Assembly (NCBI GenBank): GCA_964600965.1
Contig: CAZRLO010000004.1
Location: 1,798-65,797 of the forward strand
Source: an uncultured Rhodobacter sp.
Lineage (GTDB): Bacteria > Pseudomonadota > Alphaproteobacteria > Rhodobacterales > Rhodobacteraceae
Length of the DNA: 64,000 nt
Reading direction: 5' to 3'
The notes under the pieces were generated by a model that searched no databases, was not told the origin of the DNA, and worked only from the letters and a program-made list of their open reading frames with translations. Position numbers and translations under genes: made by a program. Positions 39,160 through 48,707 of this stretch are shown here, in pieces; positions within the stretch are counted from its first letter, which is position 1, and the number at the start of each line of letters is the position of its first letter.

Positions 39160-39265
39160 TTCGGGAGTCCCTGATTGTCTCTTGCGCGGAAATACACCTT
39201 TTCTTCATCTTTGCAGGGTGGTCTAACAATTGTGGTTAATTTTCGGATTCGGGCAGGAGGCCAGA

Positions 39266-39712
39266 ATGGCAGGATCGGTCAACAAAGTCATCATCGTCGG
39301 CAATCTGGGCCGCGACCCCGAGGTGCGGACGTTCCAGAATGGCGGCAAGGTCTGCAATCTGCGCATCGCCACGTCGGAAAAGTGGCGCGACAAGAATTCG
39401 GGGGAAAACCGCGAAAAGACCGAGTGGCATTCGGTTGCGATCTTTCAGGAAGGGCTGGTGCGCGTTGCCGAACAGTATCTGAAGAAGGGCTCGACGGTCT
39501 ATATCGAGGGCAAGCTTCAGACCCGCAAATGGCAGGATCAGTCGGGCAACGACCGCTACTCGACCGAGGTGGTCTTGCAGGGATTCGACGGCAAGATGGT
39601 GATGCTGGGCGGGCGCGGCGGTGGCGGCGAACAGGGCGGCTACGACGGCGGATCATCGGGTGGCTTCGAACCGGGGCCCTCGGCTGATATGGACGACGAA
39701 ATTCCGTTCTGA
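39266..39712 (+). CDS. ssb: single-stranded DNA-binding protein
   Basis: [21 protein letters not shown]...TEWH..., a Gly-rich linker and the acidic tail [11 protein letters not shown] 39266 is preceded by GGAGG. Confidence 0.95.
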   Translation: MAGSVNKVIIVGNLGRDPEVRTFQNGGKVCNLRIATSEKWRDKNSGENREKTEWHSVAIFQEGLVRVAEQYLKKGSTVYIEGKLQTRKWQDQSGNDRYSTEVVLQGFDGKMVMLGGRGGGGEQGGYDGGSSGGFEPGPSADMDDEIPF

Positions 39713-39909
39713 ATCTGATTTCAGGATTGGAATTGTTGTCGCGAAGTCCGGTAAGGCGAAGAATTTTCACGGAAAATATTCGGCCGCCGCTGGTGGTGGT
39801 CGTCAAATCGTTCGCGGATCGAACACGTCGTTTGCGCCCACTGGCAAGCGCAATGGGTTTGGCCCGGAAATCTAGAATATCGTGAATATTTGCGCCGCAG
39901 GGCAAATTT

Positions 39910-40179
39910 CTAGTGAATTCGAAACTCTTTCGTCACATGGCGCCACTCGCCGGGTTTGATCATTTTCTGATGCACGAAGCGCACCGAATGCAGCGGCCCC
40001 TCGACCTTTTCATGCCAGAACTCGATGAACTCGAACAGGCGCGGATAATCCGGCGCGATGTCCATGTCCTGCCACACAAAGGTCTGCAGGATGCTTTGGT
40101 GATCGGGCATGCGATAAAACATCTCGGCCGTGGTCAGGCCATAACCGTCCAGCATCCTTTCGAAATCTGATTTCTGCAT
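39910..40179 (-). CDS. usg: Usg-family protein
   Basis: 89 aa. GYGLTTAEMFYRMPDHQSILQTFVWQDMDIAPDYP...FW...GPLHSVRFVH matches the Usg-like family pattern known from alphaproteobacteria. Confidence 0.75.
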   Translation of the reverse strand: MQKSDFERMLDGYGLTTAEMFYRMPDHQSILQTFVWQDMDIAPDYPRLFEFIEFWHEKVEGPLHSVRFVHQKMIKPGEWRHVTKEFRIH

Positions 40180-40493
40180 CTTGCGCCCCTTTCGTGGCCT
40201 TCAGCATGGCGCGGGAATACGGCCAAACGGTGGACACGGCCCGGGCCGGAGGGGCATGCCTGATTCTGCGGGCAAAGCCGCTGGTGTGCGGCGGATTTCC
40301 GGCCGCTTTGGCGATCCTGGCCCAAATACGCGGATGCGGGTTTGCCTGTTCATCAGGTTACGCGATAGTGCCTTGATTTCAAAATCTTTTATTGGTGAGA
40401 ATTCCGGGCAAAATCCTCGTCCAAATTTGCTAATTGCCCACGGAATTGTTATACTGCGCGCAAAATCGGGCAACGACCGGAACGGGTGGGCAT

Positions 40494-43217
40494 TTGAGCG
40501 ACGAAACCGAGGATCAGGGCGGATCGGCCCCTGAAGCACCGGGCTATGATGGCCCGTCGATCACCATCGAAAGCGAGATGAAGACCTCGTATCTCGACTA
40601 CGCGATGAGCGTGATCGTCAGCCGCGCCATCCCCGATCTGCGCGACGGTCTGAAACCGGTGCACCGGCGCATTCTTTACGCGATGTACGAAAGCGGCAAC
40701 GGCCACGACAAGCCCTACCGTAAATCGGCGCGGCCCGTGGGCGATACAATGGGCAAATACCACCCCCACGGCGACAGCGCGATCTATGACGCGCTGGTGC
40801 GCATGGCGCAGCCGTTTTCGATGAGCCTGCCGCTGCTCGACGGACAGGGCAATTTCGGCTCGATGGACGGCGATAACCCGGCGGCCATGCGCTATACCGA
40901 GGTTCGGATGGACAAGCCGGCGGCCTCGCTTCTGGCGGATATCGAGAAGGATACCGTCGATTTTCTGGACAATTACGATGGCAAGGACCGCGAGCCGTCG
41001 GTCCTGCCGGCGCGGTTTCCAAACATGCTGGTCAATGGTGCCGGCGGCATCGCGGTCGGCATGGCCACCAATATTCCACCGCATAATCTGGGCGAAGTGA
41101 TCGATGCCACGCTGGCGCTGATCGAAAACCCCGATCTGGATTCCGTCCAGCTCATGGCGCATGTGCCCGCGCCCGATTTTCCCACCGGCGGCCTGATCCT
41201 GGGCCGGACCGGCGCGCGCAAAGCCTATACCGAGGGGCGCGGCAGCGTGATCATCCGCGCGCGCACCCGCATCGAGGAAATCCGCAAGGACCGGTTCGCC
41301 ATCATCATCGACGAAATCCCCTATCAGGTGAACAAGGCGTCGATGATCGAAAAGATCGCCGAGGTGGCGCGGGACAAAAAGATCGAGGGCATTGCCCATG
41401 TCCAGGACGAAAGCGACCGCGTCGGCGTGCGCGTGGTGATCGAGCTCAAACGCGACGCGACGCCAGATGTCGTTCTGAACCAATTGTTCCGGTTCACGCC
41501 GATGCAGACTTCGTTCGGGTGCAACATGCTGGCCCTGAACGGCGGGCGGCCGGAGCAACTGGACCTGCGCAAATTCCTGAGCGCGTTCATCGATTTTCGC
41601 GAACAGGTCGTGTCCCGGCGGACCGCCTTCGAACTGCGCCGCGCGCGCGAACGCAGTCATATCCTGTGTGGCCTTGCGGTGGCGGTGTCGAACGTGGACG
41701 AGGTGGTCGCCCTGATCCGGCAATCCAACGATCCGGCCCAGGCCCGCGAACGCCTGATGTCGCGGCGCTGGCCCGCGGGCGACATCGTGGATTTCATCCG
41801 CCTGATCGACGACCCCAGCCATGTCGTGAACGAGGATGGCACCTATAATCTGAGCGAGATTCAGGCCCGCGCCATCCTCGATTTGCGTCTGCAGCGCCTG
41901 ACAGCCCTTGGCGTCAAGGAGGTCACCGACGAATTGCAGGAACTGGCCGGAAAAATCACCGACTACCTGTCGATCCTGCGTTCGCGCGAACGCATTCAGG
42001 CCATCATCGCGGACGAATTGCACGACGTGCGCGAACAATTCGCGGTGCCGCGCCGCTCGGAGATCACCGAATATGTCGGCGATCTGGAAGACGAAGACCT
42101 GATCGAACGCGAGGACATGGTGGTGACCGTCACCCATTCGGGGTACATCAAGCGCACCAACCTGGCCGATTACCGCGCCCAGAAACGCGGCGGCAAGGGG
42201 TTGCAGGGCATGGCAACCAAGGACGAGGATTTCGTCACCAACCTGTTTGTCGCCAACACCCACACGCCGCTGCTGTTCTTTACGACCGATGGCATGGTCT
42301 ACAAGCTCAAGACCTGGCGCCTGCCGCCGGGCGGGCGCAACGCGCGGGGCAAGGCGATCATCAACATCCTGCCGATCCCCCAGGGTGTTTCCATCGCCGC
42401 GATCATGCCGGTCGACGCGCCCGAGGCCGATTGGGACGACCTGCACATCGTTTTCGCCACCTCGACCGGCGAGGTGCGCCGCAACGCGCTTGGCGATTTC
42501 ACCAACGTGATGAAGAACGGCAAGATCGCGATGAAACTGCCCGCCGATACCACCATCGTGAACGTGCGCATCGCCACTGAAATGGACGATTTCCTGCTGA
42601 CGACCACGCTGGGCAAGGTGATCCGGTTCCCGGTGACCGATGTACGGGTCTTCAAGGGGCGCGATTCAATCGGTGTGCGCGGCATCAGGCTGGCCGCCGG
42701 GGATCACGTCGTTTCAATGGCGGTTATCCTGCATGTCGAGGCGACGCCGGGCGAAAGGGCCGAATATTTCCGGATGCGCCGGGCGATCACCGGGGACGAG
42801 GCCGGCGAGATCGAGGAAAGCAGCACCGACGAGACCCTGAACCAGCAGCGCTATGCCGAACTTTCCGCACTCGAACAATGGATCCTGACGCTGACTTCGG
42901 GCGGGTTCGGCAAACGTTCCTCGGCCCATGAATACCGGGTTGCCGGGCGGGGCGGCCAGGGCATTGCCGCGGCCGATCTGGGGCGGCGGGGCGACAGCAT
43001 TGTTGCGTCCTTCACCGTCGAGGATGACGACCAGATCATGCTGGCAACCTCGACCGGGCAATCGATCCGCTGTCCGGTATCGGGCATCTCGCGCCAGGGG
43101 CGCACGTCGTCGGGGGTCAAGGTGTTTGACACGTCCGAAGGCGAAAGCGTGGTCTCGGTCGCGTGGATCGCCGAACAGGGCGAGGACGAACCGGACGAGG
43201 CCTCGGCACCGCAATAG
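40494..43217 (+). CDS. gyrA: DNA gyrase subunit A
   Basis: Contains [37 protein letters not shown] and the catalytic Tyr context AAMRYTE, plus C-terminal beta-pinwheel repeats. The start is probably TTG 40494. The ORF-track start at 40434 is not excluded. Confidence 0.95.
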   Translation: MSDETEDQGGSAPEAPGYDGPSITIESEMKTSYLDYAMSVIVSRAIPDLRDGLKPVHRRILYAMYESGNGHDKPYRKSARPVGDTMGKYHPHGDSAIYDALVRMAQPFSMSLPLLDGQGNFGSMDGDNPAAMRYTEVRMDKPAASLLADIEKDTVDFLDNYDGKDREPSVLPARFPNMLVNGAGGIAVGMATNIPPHNLGEVIDATLALIENPDLDSVQLMAHVPAPDFPTGGLILGRTGARKAYTEGRGSVIIRARTRIEEIRKDRFAIIIDEIPYQVNKASMIEKIAEVARDKKIEGIAHVQDESDRVGVRVVIELKRDATPDVVLNQLFRFTPMQTSFGCNMLALNGGRPEQLDLRKFLSAFIDFREQVVSRRTAFELRRARERSHILCGLAVAVSNVDEVVALIRQSNDPAQARERLMSRRWPAGDIVDFIRLIDDPSHVVNEDGTYNLSEIQARAILDLRLQRLTALGVKEVTDELQELAGKITDYLSILRSRERIQAIIADELHDVREQFAVPRRSEITEYVGDLEDEDLIEREDMVVTVTHSGYIKRTNLADYRAQKRGGKGLQGMATKDEDFVTNLFVANTHTPLLFFTTDGMVYKLKTWRLPPGGRNARGKAIINILPIPQGVSIAAIMPVDAPEADWDDLHIVFATSTGEVRRNALGDFTNVMKNGKIAMKLPADTTIVNVRIATEMDDFLLTTTLGKVIRFPVTDVRVFKGRDSIGVRGIRLAAGDHVVSMAVILHVEATPGERAEYFRMRRAITGDEAGEIEESSTDETLNQQRYAELSALEQWILTLTSGGFGKRSSAHEYRVAGRGGQGIAAADLGRRGDSIVASFTVEDDDQIMLATSTGQSIRCPVSGISRQGRTSSGVKVFDTSEGESVVSVAWIAEQGEDEPDEASAPQ

Positions 43218-43350
43218 CTCGAATTGTTTCTATGTAAGCAACAATCCTTCAGCCGCTGTTAATCCTCGCCTGCTGAACTGGGGGGTGCCGTCGGGAACAT
43301 ATCCGGCGACTGGAATTCCCTGCGGGGAAGTGGCAATCACGAGGAAAACC

Positions 43351-43794
43351 ATGAAGTTCTTACAATCCTATGCACATACCGGCGGACGCATCCTGCTTTC
43401 GCTCATCTTTCTTTCGGCGGGTCTGATCAAGCTTCAGGATCCGGCGGCCTTTGTTGCGGTTCTGGAAGGCGTGGGTCTGCCCGGCATGGCGGCCTATGCA
43501 GTGATCGCGGTTGAAATAATCGGTGGCGGCATGATTCTGATCGGCTATCAGACCAGAAATGCCGCCATCACGCTTGGATGCCTCTATCTGGCGGGCATGG
43601 TGCTTTTGAACCTGCGGATCGGCAGTCAGGACGAGATCATGCAATTTGTCCAGAAAATCGGTCTGGCGGGCGGATTCCTGATCCTGTTCGCCCAGGGCGC
43701 GGGCAGGATGTCGATGGATGCTCTGGCCGAGCCGGCCCCGCGGCGTCCCGCACCACCCAAGCCGCCCAAACCGGCCAAACCGGCCGTCGCCTGA
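43351..43794 (+). CDS. DoxX-family membrane protein with Pro/Lys-rich tail
   Basis: ATG 43351 is preceded by GAGGAAAA. There are four hydrophobic segments, the first being GRILLSLIFLSAGLIKL. Confidence 0.7.
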   Translation: MKFLQSYAHTGGRILLSLIFLSAGLIKLQDPAAFVAVLEGVGLPGMAAYAVIAVEIIGGGMILIGYQTRNAAITLGCLYLAGMVLLNLRIGSQDEIMQFVQKIGLAGGFLILFAQGAGRMSMDALAEPAPRRPAPPKPPKPAKPAVA

Positions 43795-43988
43795 ATTCGG
43801 CGCAATCGGGCATTCTTCCCGCGGCCCATCGCGGTCGCGGGAAAGATTTCAGGTCGAAACTGCGTCCGAATTTACCCAAATCTTTCCCAACTTATGCCCG
43901 AATTCACGCCGATTCTGGTTTGAATCGACGATCGGGTTTTCAGACGGGGGCCTAACTGTCAGCAGCGAGCACAGGAAAGGGCCGCCCG

Positions 43989-44462
43989 ATGAATGCGACG
44001 AAACAACAAGTCCGAATGCAGGAATATGCGCATGCCGCCGCGCGGATGCTGATTGCCTCGTATTTCATGGCCAAGGCGATCGGCCTGATCATCGACCCGA
44101 CCGGGATGGAACAATTCCTGTCGGTCAGCGCGGTGCCCGACTATCTGAAATTGCCAAACGCGGGCTTCGAACTGGTCGCGGCGATCGCGATCCTGGTCGG
44201 GTTTCAGACCCGCACCGCCGCCGCGTTGCTGGCGCTTTATCTGTTCTGGTCGAGCTTTATCCTCAACTACCGTCCGGGCGATCCTTATCTGATCGGCGCG
44301 TTCTGGCGCGATCTTGCGATGATCGGCGGCCTCTTGCTGCTGGTTTCGCATGGCCGTGGCCGCTATGCGCTGGACAACTGGTTCCAGCGTCGCCGCGACG
44401 CGCGCGACACCGGCGAAGACGCGACACCGCCCCGGGACGACCTTGAAGCCCAGCAAGCCTGA
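43989..44462 (+). CDS. DoxX-like membrane protein (paralogue of the preceding gene)
   Basis: 157 aa with the same four-TM layout (AARMLIASYFMAKAIGL...VAAIAILVGFQTRTAA...). The tail is charged. Confidence 0.6.
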   Translation: MNATKQQVRMQEYAHAAARMLIASYFMAKAIGLIIDPTGMEQFLSVSAVPDYLKLPNAGFELVAAIAILVGFQTRTAAALLALYLFWSSFILNYRPGDPYLIGAFWRDLAMIGGLLLLVSHGRGRYALDNWFQRRRDARDTGEDATPPRDDLEAQQA

Positions 44463-44483
44463 GCGACGGAAATTCGATGGATC

Positions 44484-44512
44484 GGCCCCCCGGCGCGGGG
44501 GCCTTTTCTTTT
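44484..44512 (+). terminator. rho-independent terminator after the second DoxX gene
   Basis: GGCCCCC-cggcgc-GGGGGCC followed by TTTTCTTTT. Confidence 0.8.
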
Positions 44513-44538
44513 GGGCCCAAACGCCATAAATCGCCGCC

Positions 44539-45906
44539 ATGAGCAAACCGATTCACATCGTCGGCGGCGGCATGGCCGGATGCGAGGCCGCGTGGCAGGC
44601 CGTGCAACATGGCGCGGCGGTCGTGCTGCATGAAATGCGCCCCGCCAAAAAGACCTTTGCCCACCAGACCGGCGAGCTGGCCGAAATGGTGTGCTCCAAT
44701 TCCTTCCGCTCGGACGATCACACCGCCAACGCGGTCGGCCTGTTGCACTGGGAAATGCGCGAGGCTGGCAGCCTGATCATGGAAATGGCCGACACCCACG
44801 CCCTGCCCGCCGGCAGTGCCCTGGCGGTCGACCGCGAAAACTTTGCCCGCGCGGTCAGCGACCGGCTGAAATCGCACCCCGGCGTTACCGTCCGCGAGGG
44901 TGAAATCACCGAACTTCCCGGCGCCGAGCAGGGCCAGACCATCGTCGCGACCGGGCCCCTGACATCGGATGCCCTGAGCCAGGCGATTCAGCGCACCACC
45001 GGCCAGGAAAGGCTGGCGTTCTTTGACGCGATTGCCCCGATTGTGCATGCCGACAGCGTGGACATGTCCAAGGCCTGGTTCCAGTCGCGATACGACAAGG
45101 GCGATACCGAGGCCGAGCGCCGCGCCTATCTGAACTGCCCGATGGACCGCGCGGATTACGAGGCATTCATCGACGCGCTGCTGGCCGCCGACAAGACCGA
45201 ATTTCGCGACGGCGAGACCGACACCCCCTATTTCGAAGGCTGCCTGCCGATCGAGGTGATGGCCGCGCGTGGGCGGGAAACGCTGCGCTTTGGGCCGATG
45301 AAGCCGGTCGGCCTGACCAACGCCAACGATCCCGCCACCAAGCCATATGCCGTGGTCCAGCTTCGGCGCGACAACGCACTGGGAACGCTTTTGAACATCG
45401 TCGGCTTTCAGACCAAGATGAAATACGGGGCCCAGATCGAGGTTTTTCGCCGCATTCCGGGGCTTGCGCAGGCCGAATTCGCGCGGCTTGGCGGTATTCA
45501 CCGCAACACGTTCCTGCAATCGCCGCTGTTGCTCGATGCGCAGCTCCGCCTGAAAACCGCGCCCCATATCCGGTTTGCCGGACAAATCACCGGGGTCGAA
45601 GGCTATGTCGAAAGCGCGGCGATGGGGTTGCTTGCGGGGCGAATGGCCGTGGCCTCGGCGCGGGGCCGCGATCTGCCGCCACCGGTCAACGAGACGGCTT
45701 CGGGCGCGCTGGTCCACCATATCACCGGCGGTGCCGACGCCAGCCGGTTCCAGCCCATGAACGTGAATTTCGGCCTGTTCCCCCCGCTTGGCGACGCACG
45801 CTCGGGGCGGCGCGCGCGAAAAGACCGCTACCGCGCCTATTGTGACCGGGCCAAGGACGCGTGGCACGGCTGGCTCGGGGCGCAATCGGACCTCTGGAAG
45901 TCCTGA
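44539..45906 (+). CDS. trmFO: methylenetetrahydrofolate--tRNA-(uracil54-C5)-methyltransferase
   Basis: The Gid/TrmFO-specific N-terminus reads [16 protein letters not shown]...HEMRP...H.T..LAE.VCSNS.RSDD. Confidence 0.93.
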   Translation: MSKPIHIVGGGMAGCEAAWQAVQHGAAVVLHEMRPAKKTFAHQTGELAEMVCSNSFRSDDHTANAVGLLHWEMREAGSLIMEMADTHALPAGSALAVDRENFARAVSDRLKSHPGVTVREGEITELPGAEQGQTIVATGPLTSDALSQAIQRTTGQERLAFFDAIAPIVHADSVDMSKAWFQSRYDKGDTEAERRAYLNCPMDRADYEAFIDALLAADKTEFRDGETDTPYFEGCLPIEVMAARGRETLRFGPMKPVGLTNANDPATKPYAVVQLRRDNALGTLLNIVGFQTKMKYGAQIEVFRRIPGLAQAEFARLGGIHRNTFLQSPLLLDAQLRLKTAPHIRFAGQITGVEGYVESAAMGLLAGRMAVASARGRDLPPPVNETASGALVHHITGGADASRFQPMNVNFGLFPPLGDARSGRRARKDRYRAYCDRAKDAWHGWLGAQSDLWKS

Positions 45907-45950
45907 GCATGGCTTGTTAACCTGATCCGGCACTTGCCGGGGGGGAATTG

Positions 45951-46574
45951 ATGACCGATCAACAGGGATTTTTGCAAAGCGCGTACCGGGCCGTCAGCCC
46001 GGACGAAACCCGGGAATTCTATCAGGACTGGGCCAGAACCTACGACGACGAGGTGCGCGAAAACGGCTATATCACGCCAAGCCGTTGCGCGGCAGCCCTG
46101 GCGGAACTGGTGCCGGACAAGGCGGCACCTGTGCTGGACATCGGCTGTGGCACCGGGCTGTCGGGGCTGGCGCTGCGCGATGCCGGGTTCCGCGTCATGG
46201 ATGGCAGCGATCTGAGCCCGGAAATGTTGAAGGGTGCGGCGGCCCACAAGGAACTCTACCGCAAATTATGGGAAGTCGATCTCAAGAACCCGTTTCCATT
46301 CGCGCCGGCAACCTATCAGAACGCTGCTGCGATGGGTGTTCTGGCCACCAGCCACGCGCCCGCCGGCACCATCGACGAAATCCTCGCAATTCTTCCGGCG
46401 GGCGGCATGTTCGTCTTTTCCCTGAACGATCACACGCTGAAAGACCCGGAATACGAGGCGCGGATCAACGAGAATGTGGATGCCGGGCGCGCGGCGGTCC
46501 GTTTTCGCGAACACGGGCCGCATCTGCCAGGGATCGGCATGCAAAGCCGGGTCTACGTGCTGCAGAAACGCTGA
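45951..46574 (+). CDS. class I SAM-dependent methyltransferase, substrate unknown
   Basis: SAM-binding motif I (VLDIGCGTGLSG) and an acidic post-I residue (GSDLS). 207 aa. The stop abuts the gluQ start (TGAATG). Confidence 0.8.
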   Translation: MTDQQGFLQSAYRAVSPDETREFYQDWARTYDDEVRENGYITPSRCAAALAELVPDKAAPVLDIGCGTGLSGLALRDAGFRVMDGSDLSPEMLKGAAAHKELYRKLWEVDLKNPFPFAPATYQNAAAMGVLATSHAPAGTIDEILAILPAGGMFVFSLNDHTLKDPEYEARINENVDAGRAAVRFREHGPHLPGIGMQSRVYVLQKR

Positions 46575-47432
46575 ATGCGGGCGCGGTTCGCCCCCTCGCC
46601 CACCGGGTTCCTGCATCTGGGGCATGCCTTTTCTGCGCTGACCGCCGCGCGGCTGGCGCGCGAGATGGGCGGCGAATTCCTGCTGCGGATCGAGGATATC
46701 GATACCGCCCGCGCCCGGCCCAAATTCGAGACCGCAATTCTGGAAGACCTCGGTTGGCTCGGGTTGTCATGGCCCCGCCCGGTCATGCGACAGTCAGCGC
46801 GCATGAAGGCCTATGGAAATGCGCTTGACGCATTGGCATCGTCGAATTTGATCTATCCCTGTTCGTGCAGCCGGCGCGATATCGTGACCGCGCTTTCCGC
46901 GCCACAGGCCGCGCGCGCACATGCCGGGCCGGACGGGCCGGTCTATCCCGGCACCTGCCGGGGCCGGGCCATCGCCAGCCGAAAGCCGGGCGATGCGCTG
47001 CGTTTCGATATGGCCGGGGCGGTTGAATTTCTGGGCGGCCATGGGGCCATTGCCCGGCTTGGATTTCTTGAGACCGGGGGGCAAAACCCGGGCTGGCGGG
47101 CGCTGAAGGCGCGCGAACTGATCACAAGTTGTGGCGATATCGTGCTGGCGCGGCGCGATATCCGCACCTCGTACCATCTGGCGGTCGTCATTGATGATGC
47201 GGCGCAGGACATCACCCATGTTTCGCGCGGGCTCGACCTGCAGCCCGCCACGCAAATTCATGTCGTGTTGCAGGCGGTGTTGGGCCTGGTGCATCCGGTC
47301 TATCATCACCACGTATTGATCCGGGATGCGGGCGGACAGCGTCTGGCGAAACGCGACGCCGCCCGGGCGTTGCAAAGCCTTCGCCGGGAGGGGAAGTCGC
47401 CCGATGAGGTTCGGGCGCTGGTTGGATTATGA
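46575..47432 (+). CDS. gluQ: tRNA glutamyl-Q(34) synthetase
   Basis: A truncated GluRS catalytic domain (RFAPSPTGFLHLGH, the HIGH motif) with a Zn-binding CxC...C pattern (YPCSCSR...YPGTC) and no anticodon-binding domain. Confidence 0.88.
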   Translation: MRARFAPSPTGFLHLGHAFSALTAARLAREMGGEFLLRIEDIDTARARPKFETAILEDLGWLGLSWPRPVMRQSARMKAYGNALDALASSNLIYPCSCSRRDIVTALSAPQAARAHAGPDGPVYPGTCRGRAIASRKPGDALRFDMAGAVEFLGGHGAIARLGFLETGGQNPGWRALKARELITSCGDIVLARRDIRTSYHLAVVIDDAAQDITHVSRGLDLQPATQIHVVLQAVLGLVHPVYHHHVLIRDAGGQRLAKRDAARALQSLRREGKSPDEVRALVGL

Positions 47433-47792
47433 CACCGGTTGGCTGATTTCCACTTCAATACCATCACGTACAGCGTTGTAAAAACACGATTTTCGATTGG
47501 TGTGGCAGGCCGGACCGGTCTGGCGGACCTGTAACAGCAGGCAATCGCGGTCGCAGTCGAACCGCAATTCGACCAATTCCTGCACATGTCCGCTGGTCGC
47601 GCCTTTTTCCCAGAATGCACCGCGCGAGCGCGACCAATAGGTGACGCGACGGGTCCGCAGACTGCGGGCAATGGATTGCGCGTTCATCCACGCCAGCATC
47701 AGGACCTCGCCCGAGACGCAATCCTGAGCGATGGCCGGGATCAGGCCGCGATCGTCAAATCTCAGGGTTTCCGGGTCAAATTCCATCGCCAT
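47427..47792 (-). CDS. hisI: phosphoribosyl-AMP cyclohydrolase
   Basis: Conserved strings are GLIPAIAQD...MLAWMN, YWSRSR...W.KG.TSGH and DCD.D.LL..V.Q.G.ACHT....CF. Confidence 0.92.
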   Translation of the reverse strand: MAMEFDPETLRFDDRGLIPAIAQDCVSGEVLMLAWMNAQSIARSLRTRRVTYWSRSRGAFWEKGATSGHVQELVELRFDCDRDCLLLQVRQTGPACHTNRKSCFYNAVRDGIEVEISQPVS

Positions 47793-47868
47793 GTCAGCAT
47801 GTCCTTTTCAAGCGCCCTCGCATCCCTTATCTAAAGCGCAACCAGACACAAGAAAAGGCGCGGTTGCC

Positions 47869-48321
47869 ATGCGCGGCGAAAGCGATCTCATCAAATTGTA
47901 TTCCGGCCGCATTCTGGCACTGGCCGCCGCGATTCCGCATACCGAACGGCTGGCAGGGCCGGTTGCAACCGCGCATCGGCGCTCGCCGGTTTGCGGGTCC
48001 GCCGTCACGGTGGATCTGGTGATCTGCGACGGGCGGATCGAGTCGTTTGGCCAGGACGTCAAGGCCTGTGCCCTCGGTCAGGCCGCCGCGTCGGTTCTGG
48101 GGGCGCATGTGATCGGGCGCAGCCTTGCCGAAATCACGGTCGCACGCGACCAGCTTGCCGCCATGCTGAAATCGGACGGTCCCGCGCCGGATGCGCCCTT
48201 TGAAGAGCTTGAAGTCCTGATGCCCGCCCGCGCCTATCCCAACCGCCACGCGTCGATCCTGCTGGCGATGGAGGCGACCATCGCCGCCCTGAACGTCGCG
48301 CCGAACACCGCCTGCGCCTAA
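47869..48321 (+). CDS. NifU/IscU-like iron-sulfur cluster scaffold-family protein
   Basis: 150 aa. LYSGRIL..A...PH...L and the spaced cysteines ...SPVCGS...C.LGQA... resemble the NifU N-terminal domain. The assignment is at family level only. Confidence 0.65.
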   Translation: MRGESDLIKLYSGRILALAAAIPHTERLAGPVATAHRRSPVCGSAVTVDLVICDGRIESFGQDVKACALGQAAASVLGAHVIGRSLAEITVARDQLAAMLKSDGPAPDAPFEELEVLMPARAYPNRHASILLAMEATIAALNVAPNTACA

Positions 48322-48355
48322 AAAAACGCCGCAGCTTCCAAATGGAAGTGCGGCG
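48320..48355 (-). terminator. strong rho-independent terminator on the minus strand (hairpin is also usable by the plus-strand NifU-like gene)
   Basis: The minus strand reads CGCCGCACTTCC-attt-GGAAGCTGCGGCG followed by TTTTTTT. The stem is ~12 bp with one bulged G. The T7 run overlaps the TAA stop of the plus-strand gene. Confidence 0.75.
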
Positions 48356-48493
48356 CCAAAGGTGCGGACCGTGGGTTTCCCGTTTGTGATCACAAAAGAT
48401 CAAACGCCCGGATCAGGCGAAATCGGGGCGTTGGCGCGCGCGATCAAGGGAAGAGACGCGCCGCCATCTTGCGGGAACGGACCGTGGGCAGTG

Positions 48494-48610
48494 TCACGCC
48501 ATGCCGGGCAGCGCCAGCCCGACCATCAGCACCACCAAAATGGCGGCCATGCCAATGGAATCTTCCAGAAAAGTACCGCGGGATACGATGCAACGGACCT
48601 GTTCGAGCAT
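48494..48610 (-). CDS. candidate 38-aa hydrophobic peptide in the SOS-box-controlled unit (MLEQVRCIVSRGTFLEDSIGMAAILVVLMVGLALPGMA)
   Basis: This is the first well-biased ORF downstream of the predicted LexA-controlled promoter. Third codon positions are G/C in 28 of 38 cases. The C-terminal ~20 residues are hydrophobic. The SD is weak (AGG 6 nt upstream). An overlapping 42-aa alternative frame (48526-48654) cannot be excluded. Confidence 0.3.
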   Translation of the reverse strand: MLEQVRCIVSRGTFLEDSIGMAAILVVLMVGLALPGMA

Positions 48611-48663
48611 GAGAAACCTGTAGATTGGAACACTGTGTTTCCGGTTTGTTCCATATCTCGGCA

Positions 48664-48707
48664 GAACTTGTAAAGAACTTTTTAAGAACATTTGTGAACT
48701 TTTGCAA
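48664..48707 (-). promoter_or_regulatory. sigma70-like promoter overlapped by tandem alpha-type LexA (SOS) boxes
   Basis: On the minus strand: TTGCAA (48707-48702), 17 nt, TAAAAA (48684-48679). GTTC tetramers sit at 48699-96, 48689-86, 48678-75 and 48667-64, with spacers of 6, 7 and 7 nt. That makes two perfect head-to-tail GTTC-N7-GTTC units covering the -10 element and the predicted start site. Confidence 0.65.

Noticed and set aside
40449-42446. Long ORFs on the strand opposite to, or in another frame of, recognised genes. Examples: 178-1422(-), 6706-7827(-), 8343-9692(+), 26001-27545(-), 28708-29985(-), 30903-32075(-), 36553-38238(+), 40449-42446(-), 44263-45933(-), 48747-50123(+), 50719-53031(+).
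   Set aside because: Each fully overlaps a gene with unmistakable conserved motifs (gyrA, mfd, mmsA, uvrA, trmFO, recG, ligA and others). Their translations are Arg/Pro/Gly/Ala-rich low-complexity strings typical of stop-poor shadow frames in GC-rich DNA.
48444-48707. The 87-aa and 65-aa ORFs from the track considered as the product of the SOS-controlled unit.
   Set aside because: Both start codons (48707 and 48691) lie inside or upstream of the predicted -35/-10 and LexA boxes, that is, before the likely transcription start. Only the shorter internal frames (48610-48494 and 48654-48526) can be translated from that promoter.
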